A stretch of 39,788 bases of DNA, taken from positions 1 to 39,788 of the IMG/VR virus record IMGVR_UViG_3300036825_000021; one strand, written 5' to 3'. Of the stretch, positions 17,581 through 25,477 are shown in pieces. The notes beneath the pieces are model-generated. The model saw nothing but the letters and a program-made list of their open reading frames with translations. It was not told where the DNA came from and did not search any database. Position numbers and translations under genes: made by a program. Position 1 is the stretch's first letter. Each line of letters begins with the position of its first letter. This DNA is from a virus (Duplodnaviria; Caudoviricetes).

Positions 17581-19205
17581 TTTTCTTCATCTCCTACCAG
17601 CCTCTGCGTTTCATCAGGGAATATTGTTGTAATGCCCTTCCTTTGGGTATCATACACAACCCCGACAGTCACGCTACGATAGTTTGCATATTTGAATATT
17701 GAAATGAGCTCACCATTAACCTTTTTCGGCTCCAATTGAAACTGATCTGGATCTTGAAGGTTTGCCACATACATACCAGCTTTCTCAATGTCCTCTGCGG
17801 TCCAACTCTTCGGAAACCAGGATTGTTTTGTGCCCGATTTCTTCAACTTGTCCTTATGCGAAGGCACATTACCAATGCGCACGCCGTTTTTATACTCTTT
17901 AACGACATTATACTCGATTCCATGCCCTATCAAAAGCTGAATGTTCTCTTCCCCATGTCCGCCCTTGCTAAAATTACCTATTGCCTGCTTTTTCGGATTC
18001 TTAGGGTTTGTAAATTCACCTTTAGATGCATGCTTGATCGCTTCAGGCTGCATTTCTAACGGCTTGTTCTTATTATGCAAACCGTTATCAGGTATTTTCT
18101 GAACGGGAATCTTAAATTTCTCACGGCTATAATCTCGGCGCAGGTGCTCATTTGCCTTAACATGCTCCCTAAGCTTACCTTGCCACTCCTTCACCTTAGC
18201 CGCAGCTGCAGCCTGGTTAATTGGATCAACACTGCCTGACTCTCGGCGCTTGTACTTGCGGATCTGGCGCTCCATATAGCGTTGCTTCTGCTCTGCCTTA
18301 TAGTTGGCTAGTGCCTCCGCATCATTCACAGGCTCAGGAAGTCGGCTTTTACCAGGAATGAAGGTTGTCATGTTATGGCGGCAGTTTGGATGAAACAGCC
18401 CTGCTGCCATTGCCTTACTCAGTAGTGGGTAGGGACCGTCAGAAGCTTTACCGCCACTATACACATCATCGATGTATACTTTACCTTGCCATGGCAAACA
18501 CAGCTCAGAACAGTTACTGTGAGCGGACACCACAACAAATGGATTACGCTGTTGTTTGCGTTTAGCTCCCTCTCCCTCGAACACTGCTCTCTGGGAGGAT
18601 GCACGCAGAGCCATTTCAGCATAAGAGGCTATATTCATTCTTCGACCATTAGCAAACTGTATACAGTCAAAACCTTTATCAAGAAAATCACCTGTGGCCA
18701 TGTCAATAGCTTGGTTAAGTGAAGCAGCACCGGAGTTAAGATAAACCTGAGATTTGAATATTGTTTGCCGAAATATATCATCTGCTTGTCTAAGCACAGC
18801 AAAACGTGCAGCTTTCATCTCTCCTTGTGCAGCTGATGTCAAGGCGTTAACTCGCTTTTCATTAAGCTTGAAAAAGTTTTCATCAGAAACGCCTTCAACA
18901 TCCAGCTTATCTGGGATAATCTTACCCAACAGCTTTTTAGCTGCTCGTTTAATCCCATCTAGGAAACCACCCTTGACCTCTCGCTCGATTGCTATATTAA
19001 CCACAGGCTCAGTCTTCTTAACAATCTGAGTAGCCTCTTGCTTGTACTGCTTAAGATCCAGCAGCTTCTTCTCCTGCCATTGATCCCACTCGAAACCCTC
19101 TTTCTTCTCCTCATTCTCATGACGGGTCAGATTCCGCTTCATGGAGGCTATCAGGTCAATCTCCATCTGAGCAAAGATGCCTCGAATGTCATATTTCTTC
19201 TTCAT
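17577..19205 (-). CDS. MuF/minor capsid protein with C-terminal EndoU-type RNase toxin domain
   Basis: CSELCLPWQG and FHPNCRH MuF motifs. The C-terminal part has the bacterial EndoU pattern H..xG, GGHG, NGVR.G, SWFPKSW, ITTIFP. Confidence 0.85.
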   Translation of the reverse strand: MKKKYDIRGIFAQMEIDLIASMKRNLTRHENEEKKEGFEWDQWQEKKLLDLKQYKQEATQIVKKTEPVVNIAIEREVKGGFLDGIKRAAKKLLGKIIPDKLDVEGVSDENFFKLNEKRVNALTSAAQGEMKAARFAVLRQADDIFRQTIFKSQVYLNSGAASLNQAIDMATGDFLDKGFDCIQFANGRRMNIASYAEMALRASSQRAVFEGEGAKRKQQRNPFVVVSAHSNCSELCLPWQGKVYIDDVYSGGKASDGPYPLLSKAMAAGLFHPNCRHNMTTFIPGKSRLPEPVNDAEALANYKAEQKQRYMERQIRKYKRRESGSVDPINQAAAAAKVKEWQGKLREHVKANEHLRRDYSREKFKIPVQKIPDNGLHNKNKPLEMQPEAIKHASKGEFTNPKNPKKQAIGNFSKGGHGEENIQLLIGHGIEYNVVKEYKNGVRIGNVPSHKDKLKKSGTKQSWFPKSWTAEDIEKAGMYVANLQDPDQFQLEPKKVNGELISIFKYANYRSVTVGVVYDTQRKGITTIFPDETQRLVGDEEK

Positions 19206-20713
19206 TCGTCATCATCTTCAGTCGGAGCCGCATCTTCCAGATCATCAGGTGGAGCGTCTCGGTTAATACCTGTATCTTCAACCTCCAAAAAACCTTGCTC
19301 TTTCTTCAACAGTTCTACCTCAGCAGCCTTTTCTTCATCGGTCCAGGTGTCACCATACATCTCCTCGACGGCTCGCTCGATACTCATCACACCGAATGTG
19401 CGGGCTTTGCCAACCGTCTCCACAACAGCATCAAAGGAAGGAGAAGCATACTCCCCGAAGGTTACGCTGGCCTCATACTCACCTGCAGTACGATTTTGCA
19501 TCGTGTCATATACCTTCATGACGGTCTGCACCAACTCAGGGATGACTTCATTCAGCCGATCCACGATCTTGCCACGAGTGTACAACGTGGCCTTCTCCTT
19601 CTCCCGCTGAGCCTCTGCGTTATCGGTCTTTTTAAGATCGATCCCTAGAGTAGATGGACTAATAATGCCCTGTAAACACATATCCAAAGCGCTGCTATAG
19701 CTGGCCACAAATGCCTCATAGAGTATCTGAGGTTGCACCATGTCCATCTGCCCCTTGGAGTCCTCTGCAAGACCTGTGTTCAGCTTGATAAATTGATTAT
19801 CAAATGGATTAGATCGCATAAGTTCGCCCGTTTCGGGGTTTATGGGAACCAGATCCTGCGGAATGTATTTCTGCACGCGACCAGCACGAATGGCATCTAC
19901 CCACTGACTGATCACCTCATCAAGCGCGTCGAAAGAATCAGCCTTACTGTCAAAAATGCTCTTTCCACGCCCTGGCCACTTGGTGGACTTAAACACCATA
20001 AGCGGCACAGCCATGATAAAGTCACCGTCATATTCAATGTCCTTCAAGTCTGCTATTTCAGGGACCAGGGACAACGGTACTTGCTTACCATTAGCATCCA
20101 GCAACTGGTAACGAATGTACTTACGGCCAAATGTCTCTATGAGCCGATAATCCTTACTGTCAACCGTGTAATCGGAATAGAAAAGAACTTCCTGTAATCG
20201 TCCTCGGGTACGCTTAAACTCCACCTGATCACCATTGTAGAATTCAATTAGTGGATATCCACTGACATTCTGGTCTACTGTGATCTTAAAGGCACCGTCT
20301 CCAGCTGTTAGCGCCTCTGTTACGGCACCACTCAGTAATTCAGGGAAATCGTTGTCCTCACTTATAGCTTCCCATGTATCCGTCTCGGCTTGCTGTTTAA
20401 GCGTAATGGCATCCATGTCGGAAACCACAATATCAGACAACCGATCTGCTACCATGGCCGGCAGCCCGCTGTGGATCTTCCGGATACCCAGGCCATTACT
20501 TGGAACAGCTGCCCAGAAGCGTGATTTCCCCACGCTATCCGTCATCGACTGCTTATAGAATTGATCCAGCTCGGATGGATCTCCACGATACCAAAGTCGA
20601 TTCCTCAGCACATTGGTACGGTAGCTAAATGGCTCCGTGATCGTGATGACCTGGCTTTCCGGTGCCGGGTTGATCCTCAGTATTTTCATAACCATGCTCT
20701 TAAACCACCCCAC
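19202..20713 (-). CDS. Portal protein (A118/SPP1 type)
   Basis: Position after TerL; GIISPSTLG and VTFGEY motifs; acidic tail. Confidence 0.88.
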   Translation of the reverse strand: MGWFKSMVMKILRINPAPESQVITITEPFSYRTNVLRNRLWYRGDPSELDQFYKQSMTDSVGKSRFWAAVPSNGLGIRKIHSGLPAMVADRLSDIVVSDMDAITLKQQAETDTWEAISEDNDFPELLSGAVTEALTAGDGAFKITVDQNVSGYPLIEFYNGDQVEFKRTRGRLQEVLFYSDYTVDSKDYRLIETFGRKYIRYQLLDANGKQVPLSLVPEIADLKDIEYDGDFIMAVPLMVFKSTKWPGRGKSIFDSKADSFDALDEVISQWVDAIRAGRVQKYIPQDLVPINPETGELMRSNPFDNQFIKLNTGLAEDSKGQMDMVQPQILYEAFVASYSSALDMCLQGIISPSTLGIDLKKTDNAEAQREKEKATLYTRGKIVDRLNEVIPELVQTVMKVYDTMQNRTAGEYEASVTFGEYASPSFDAVVETVGKARTFGVMSIERAVEEMYGDTWTDEEKAAEVELLKKEQGFLEVEDTGINRDAPPDDLEDAAPTEDDDE

Positions 20714-20716
20714 TTT

Positions 20717-22057
20717 CTACACCCCCAGTCTCTTCTTGAATGGCTGCACGCTGTACTCGCTACTATCCAAACAGTCAACCGGATAGCTGCCGTCATCGGT
20801 TCTCACCCATTCACCCTCTATGCGCTTCTTCTCGTCCCAGGTGGCGTTTTCCAACGCCTCTTGCCACTCTTTCAGATGGCTCATGACCTTGTAGCGGCCC
20901 TGATTGATAAGGATACTGGTAAGTCGGATCCGGTCCACGATGCCCTCTTTCTTGTATGACGGTGTCACTGTGATGAAGATCTTCCGGCGCTGTAGCTCAT
21001 TGAGAAGTGCCTGACGGAACAGCTTATCCGCAGATTCCGCGAAGATATGAGCACACGCAAAAAAAGCAGGGTACGTATTACCCCACTCCTCAATCTTATC
21101 GACTATTTCCTTGGCGTAACGGTCATGCGTGTAGCCTGTTGACTTACCTTGCTTGTGATAGTAACCATCCAGGAGCACAACCTCTTTATGCTGTGGCGTG
21201 AATCCTGTCAGAGTGGCTACCGTAGCATCTGTACCACCTATATCTATCCCGATGCTGAATTCAATGAACCGCTCATCCTGGATAGCAGCTCGGGCAATGA
21301 TTACGTCCTTGACAGTATAGCCGGTATATATCCGACCTGTGGCTGCTGTACGCATTCCCTTGATATCAGCCTTATACCATAGGCTGTCCTTGTCATACGT
21401 AGCAAGAACCATACGTAGCTGTTCATCTGAGATTGACAGGTTATCAAAAACGGTGAAGTGTCCGTAATTGTACCCTGGGTTACGGCCTGCTTTCTTCTCC
21501 TTATCCTGAAAGTCCAGGAAATCCCGATAGAACCAATGTGCCGGCGGCTTCGGGTTAAGATCAAAGAAGAGTTGCCGTTTGCTACTAGCGACTGTACGGT
21601 CAATTGCCTCCTGCACAAAGCTCTGATGGCACTCATTGACCTCAGTGATGTACACCGTGCCGTAGGAGTTACCCTTGATCCGCGCTGCGTCATTGGCCTT
21701 ACCACCACCTGCGATAATAACAACCTTCTCACCGGTCTTTGTCTGAATATACAGTGCATCCCGGTTCTTATACTCCCCTTCGCGGCAACGACCTGCAAAC
21801 AGCCACTGAAGCCCGAATCCGTTGGAGTCTATTGCGTTCATCTTGGCGGCGGCTAAGCTCACCCCTGCCACCAGATGCAGCTTATCGGGGTGCACCTCCA
21901 GGCACATTGCATATGCGATTAGGTTAATGATGTTCTTTCCTGCCCGTTTACCACCTTCTGCCACGTTTAGCCAGCTGTCACGGCTTGCAGCAATATAATT
22001 GCTCTGCTTGGCAGTAAGCGGTGCATACGGGATCATTACAGCCTCACTCATCGTCAA
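20717..22057 (-). CDS. terL: Terminase large subunit
   Basis: EGGKRAGK Walker A, YITE Walker B, DLNP, and the GIDIGG nuclease motif. Confidence 0.93.
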   Translation of the reverse strand: MTMSEAVMIPYAPLTAKQSNYIAASRDSWLNVAEGGKRAGKNIINLIAYAMCLEVHPDKLHLVAGVSLAAAKMNAIDSNGFGLQWLFAGRCREGEYKNRDALYIQTKTGEKVVIIAGGGKANDAARIKGNSYGTVYITEVNECHQSFVQEAIDRTVASSKRQLFFDLNPKPPAHWFYRDFLDFQDKEKKAGRNPGYNYGHFTVFDNLSISDEQLRMVLATYDKDSLWYKADIKGMRTAATGRIYTGYTVKDVIIARAAIQDERFIEFSIGIDIGGTDATVATLTGFTPQHKEVVLLDGYYHKQGKSTGYTHDRYAKEIVDKIEEWGNTYPAFFACAHIFAESADKLFRQALLNELQRRKIFITVTPSYKKEGIVDRIRLTSILINQGRYKVMSHLKEWQEALENATWDEKKRIEGEWVRTDDGSYPVDCLDSSEYSVQPFKKRLGV

Positions 22058-22766
22058 TCACCCGCTCAGCTACGGGATTGTTAATCAAATCCGCCAGAGC
22101 TGTGATCTGCGCGTTCGGATCATCGCCGTCTTTATTTGGCACCTTAGACTTCAGCACGTCGATACGAGCTTTCTGTTCCTCCGTTGCCAGATCCGTCTTC
22201 AGCAGCTCATCATACTGCTTGATCATACCCTGGAGCGTTGTCATTGCCCGGCTCTGAGCCGTAAGGAAGGACGCCTGCTTATCCCAAGCCTGCTGCACTT
22301 CCCATTTTTGGCCTGACACATTGCCGTCCTTTTCCTCGATCAGCGTGGTCGTGCTGTCATCCCGATCTTTGACGTACATGATCTGCTGAGCCCTGATGAT
22401 GGCGGTGTACTGGATCATGATGTTGTCCCACAGAATATCCAGAGGAGCTCGGTTCTGCAGTTGCTCCATGATGGCCAGCGACTCTGCCGGCAGATACTTA
22501 GCGAACAGTCCATGCTTCTCGGCGTTCTTGTTTCGCTTCGGTGCGGATCCGCCCTTATTGCCAACAGCGTTTTGATTACCCGGTGGTGCACCTCCACGGT
22601 TAGGGTGCGCCCTTTCAGCTTTGGGTGCACCCATATCCCGATTCCAGCCGTGACGCTTCTTCCATGACTTCACCGTGTTAATGGAGACGGCATATTTTTC
22701 AGCAATTGCTTTATATTTCATGCCGGACACATAATCCTGCTCGGCTAATTTAGAAGTTTCAGCCAT
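22044..22766 (-). CDS. terS: Terminase small subunit (PBSX XtmA-like)
   Basis: N-terminal HTH NTVKSWKKRHGW; GAPPGNQNA and NKNAEKHG motifs. Confidence 0.9.
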   Translation of the reverse strand: MAETSKLAEQDYVSGMKYKAIAEKYAVSINTVKSWKKRHGWNRDMGAPKAERAHPNRGGAPPGNQNAVGNKGGSAPKRNKNAEKHGLFAKYLPAESLAIMEQLQNRAPLDILWDNIMIQYTAIIRAQQIMYVKDRDDSTTTLIEEKDGNVSGQKWEVQQAWDKQASFLTAQSRAMTTLQGMIKQYDELLKTDLATEEQKARIDVLKSKVPNKDGDDPNAQITALADLINNPVAERVIDDE

Positions 22767-22805
22767 ATTACATTTTCACCACCCCCGCCGTTATGTTTGT
22801 TTCGT
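22737..22805. repeat. 69-bp imperfect direct repeat, copy 1 (terS start and leader)
   Basis: 56/69 identical to 23560-23628. Confidence 0.9.
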
Positions 22806-22874
22806 ATGGCCACTCAGAAAGCCCAACCTTCTTATGTTTGGTCTTAATTATTTTATGGACGAGACTAAAAACAC

Positions 22875-22905
22875 AAAAAAGCCCAACCTAAAAAAAGATT
22901 GGACT
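22875..22905 (-). terminator. Minus-strand terminator (probable end of the antisense RNA)
   Basis: AGTCCAATCT-loop-AGGTTGGGCT followed by TTTTT. Confidence 0.65.
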
Positions 22906-22915
22906 AATCGCAATA

Positions 22916-22949
22916 GATACTTTACAGATGTAAAGTATCGTGTTATAAT
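22916..22949 (+). promoter_or_regulatory. SigA promoter TTTACA-17-TATAAT (extended TG) overlapped by a perfect operator palindrome
   Basis: GATACTTTACA-GA-TGTAAAGTATC at 22916-22939. Confidence 0.85.
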
Positions 22950-22975
22950 TAATATATCAAGAGGAGGTGATAATA

Positions 22976-23092
22976 ATGAAGAAACGAAGAGAAAGACGGA
23001 AAGAGGATAGAGAGTCAACCTTCAAGATGGTGACTGCAATCATCACCTTGATAAACTCCATCCTCACCCTCATCATCCTGCTGCTCAAGTAG
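22976..23092 (+). CDS. Small membrane peptide C, 38 aa (type I toxin-like)
   Basis: RBS GAGGAGGTG; MKKRRERRKEDRESTFKMVTAIITLINSILTLIILLLK. Confidence 0.8.
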   Translation: MKKRRERRKEDRESTFKMVTAIITLINSILTLIILLLK

Positions 23093-23163
23093 GAAAACCC
23101 GAAACCTTGGCCCCGAAAGGGGCTAAGGCATAGGGGATGAAAATCAAGGGCCGTCTTTCCTTC

Positions 23164-23192
23164 AGTATATCACACTCATAAGGAGCGATGAA
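23164..23192 (-). promoter_or_regulatory. Antisense promoter (TTCATC-17-TATACT, extended TG) facing peptide C
   Basis: Reverse complement of AGTATATCAC; same relative position as 1409-1437. Confidence 0.6.
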
Positions 23193-23194
23193 GC

Positions 23195-23287
23195 ATGACA
23201 CGCAAAGCAAGAGCTACAGAGTTAATGACTTATGCCGCGCTTGTAATCAGTATCGCCAATACCGTTATATTGCTGGTGAAGTGGTAA
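23195..23287 (+). CDS. Small membrane peptide D, 30 aa
   Basis: RBS AAGGAG; MTRKARATELMTYAALVISIANTVILLVKW; TAATG coupling to the HTH gene. Confidence 0.75.
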   Translation: MTRKARATELMTYAALVISIANTVILLVKW

Positions 23288-23529
23288 TGTACACATTCAA
23301 CAGCAAAGAAGAACTAGCTGAGTGGATCGCACGCGAAATCTGCGGCGTCTCGGAAGCTATGGAGATATTGGAGTCTACACGGCAGAACATTCACGGATTC
23401 GTAAAAAACGGTAAGCTCAAACCGGTTAAAGAAACCAAAAATGAACGTCTCTTCTTCCGTTCTGATCTTATAGAGCGTAAGGAAGCAGCTAAGGCGTATC
23501 ACACTAAGAAGGACAAGTCCGGTGAATAA
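23287..23529 (+). CDS. MerR/HTH_17-like DNA-binding protein, 80 aa
   Basis: GVSEAMEILESTRQNIHGFVKNGKLKP...RLFFRSDL; start taken at the TAATG overlap. Confidence 0.85.
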   Translation: MYTFNSKEELAEWIAREICGVSEAMEILESTRQNIHGFVKNGKLKPVKETKNERLFFRSDLIERKEAAKAYHTKKDKSGE

Positions 23530-23545
23530 GCCGGACTTTCTTTTT
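23515..23545 (+). terminator. Intrinsic terminator closing the cassette
   Basis: AAGTCCGG-TGAATAAG-CCGGACTT followed by TCTTTTT. Confidence 0.8.
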
Positions 23546-23559
23546 GTGATTCCTTTTGA

Positions 23560-23628
23560 CTGTTCAGCTAGTTTTGATGTTTCAGCCATCCTGCATTTTC
23601 ACCATCGCCGGTGTTGTGTTTGTTTCGT
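23560..23628 (-). pseudogene. Second copy of the terS leader and first 10 codons (MAETSKLAEQ)
   Basis: Direct repeat of 22737-22805; all 5 coding mismatches are synonymous. Confidence 0.85.
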
Positions 23629-23754
23629 TAAATCTCCTAAAATAATTAATTTTTCTTTCAATTACTAGCATCTGGATTTAATATTGTATTAATTTGTATA
23701 GACTTTAACACACTAAATAATTTAAAATATGTCAGAAATCAGGAGGAGATAAAT

Positions 23755-24888
23755 TTGGAAGATAACAGTTCACAGAATAATAATTTAAACATTAACGAAT
23801 CTACAGGCTCGGAATCACCGCTGCCTGAGCCTCCACCGGATATATATGAACCTTTAGTAAGAGAAAATGATTCCCTTCCGTCACAAAAGTTGATACATAA
23901 ATCTGCTAACTGCAAGATATTTCAATATAGAAAGACAGGGTTATTAAGTTTCAAGTGGTCTCCCAATGCACCACCTGAACAGATTAACCTCATTAGCCAG
24001 GCCAACTTCCTTCAAAGCAGAGTGAAAGTAGAAATAATGAAGTCATACCAGAGAGAGTGTTATAATGTCATTAAAAATGCACTCCTAGCCTCCCTAATGA
24101 TCTATCAAGCTGGAGAATATGAAGAGCATTTTGACTATGCCGCTGATTATATAGATCATAAAAAGGAAGAACAAAAAAAATTACACATTTTACATTCAAA
24201 CCAGTATTATGAAATATTTTTAGGTAATAATCAAAAAACAATTAATGTATGGATGCATAACCAGTTGCGAGAAAGGAAACGTGCTGAGATAGATGAATTT
24301 AGAAGGCTTAAAACAATAATTAATATCTTTCTAACAGGAAAGCAAAAAGAATTGGCCCTTAGACAGTTAGGTACAGCTCTATCTTCTGCTTTTCACAATA
24401 CAGATAACAACTCAGCAATGGAAAAATTCAAAAGCATAGAGACATTTACTTATTCTAGAGCCACCTTATCTGCCAAAATTCATCATTTTGCAGCCACACT
24501 AATTTTGATTCTTATCGTTGTGGGTATTTCAATGTATTATTATCATTCTGTTAATGACGCTGAAATAAAGCATTTTATTATTGGATCTATTGCTGGAGTC
24601 ATTGGTTCATTTATTTCAATTACACAACGAAGTGATAAAATAGTGGTTGATTTTTCGGCTCCCGTTTCAATTTTCCTAATTCAAAGCTTTTCAAAATTAA
24701 TTTTAGGTTTATTTTTTGGTATCATCACTATACTACTGATAAAATCGAATATTATCGCTCTTTTATCTGAAGTCAATTCATACTCTATGGCAATTTTGTG
24801 CGTGGTAGCAGGTTTTAGTGAAAGATTTGTACCCGATCTTTTAGAGAAAATATCTAATAAATCGGGCCTCGATGAGACAAAACCATAA
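23755..24888 (+). CDS. AT-rich moron membrane protein, 377 aa (4 C-terminal TM helices)
   Basis: RBS AGGAGGAG, TTG start; opposite strand to the late operon; ends AGFSERFVPDLL. Confidence 0.85.
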   Translation: MEDNSSQNNNLNINESTGSESPLPEPPPDIYEPLVRENDSLPSQKLIHKSANCKIFQYRKTGLLSFKWSPNAPPEQINLISQANFLQSRVKVEIMKSYQRECYNVIKNALLASLMIYQAGEYEEHFDYAADYIDHKKEEQKKLHILHSNQYYEIFLGNNQKTINVWMHNQLRERKRAEIDEFRRLKTIINIFLTGKQKELALRQLGTALSSAFHNTDNNSAMEKFKSIETFTYSRATLSAKIHHFAATLILILIVVGISMYYYHSVNDAEIKHFIIGSIAGVIGSFISITQRSDKIVVDFSAPVSIFLIQSFSKLILGLFFGIITILLIKSNIIALLSEVNSYSMAILCVVAGFSERFVPDLLEKISNKSGLDETKP

Positions 24889-24897
24889 AAAATCTAC

Positions 24898-24927
24898 AAA
24901 AAGAGCCCTTCAATATGGAGGGCTCTT
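24898..24927. terminator. Bidirectional hairpin terminator
   Basis: AAGAGCCCT-TCAATATGG-AGGGCTCTT; U tract on the minus strand. Confidence 0.7.
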
Positions 24928-24937
24928 GATAGACAGA

Positions 24938-24986
24938 AATATAGTGGGTAGGTTGTGCGACACTGTGTGCGACAGTACGTGCGACA
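24938..24986 (-). promoter_or_regulatory. Putative late promoter: 3 x TGTCGCAC at 12-bp period plus -10 TATATT
   Basis: Repeats at 24955-24962, 24967-24974 and 24979-24986, right after the late activator stop codon. Confidence 0.65.
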
Positions 24987-24990
24987 AGAC

Positions 24991-25470
24991 CTATAGAAAG
25001 TCTTGTTTAATCTTGCATTTCGCTCGATCTACGTACATACGTACGGTGTTTTTTGATAGATTCAGCTTACTCGAAATCTCTAACAGCGTCAAGCCCTGCG
25101 CCATGTGAAGTAAGAAACATGTACGTTCTCGATCACTCAGCGACAACAGCGCATCCACCAGCTTTAACCGTTCAGCCTCTCCCATTTGTTGTCCTGATAG
25201 TTTGATATAAATCTCACGTTGCCTGTACACATCCGTAATCTCAGCACCTCTGCGGCTCCCTGGGCGGCGTCCTCTCCGCATCCAGGTTAAGGCATACCTC
25301 ATGTCTGCCAGCATCCCTGATACAGTATCAGCCTCTTCTGCCGCTGTCGGATCCTTGAGATCCAAGGTGTCTCGGTAACGCTCCAGGTTGTGGACATCTG
25401 TGGCATACTGACAGATTAGGGTTTCGATCCAAGTTGCCTTTGTGGTTGTCTTCATGATGTCTGACCCCAT
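24991..25470 (-). CDS. Late transcription activator, sigma-70 region 4 type (Xpf/ArpU-like)
   Basis: LSDRERTCFLLHMAQGLTLLEISSKLNLSKNTVRMYVDRAKCKI; last early gene. Confidence 0.85.
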   Translation of the reverse strand: MGSDIMKTTTKATWIETLICQYATDVHNLERYRDTLDLKDPTAAEEADTVSGMLADMRYALTWMRRGRRPGSRRGAEITDVYRQREIYIKLSGQQMGEAERLKLVDALLSLSDRERTCFLLHMAQGLTLLEISSKLNLSKNTVRMYVDRAKCKIKQDFL

Positions 25471-25477
25471 TTCTGTG

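Noticed and set aside
9671-22667. Numerous plus-strand ORFs opposite the structural genes
   Set aside because: They are shadows of long minus-strand genes, with no RBS or motifs.
23188-23286. 113-aa version of the HTH gene
   Set aside because: The RBS is too close to ATG 23188. The alternative frame gives a clean TM peptide coupled by TAATG to ATG 23287.
23314-23589. 91-aa ORF starting MAETSKLAEQ as a second TerS
   Set aside because: Similarity stops after 10 codons; the rest is antisense to the HTH gene.
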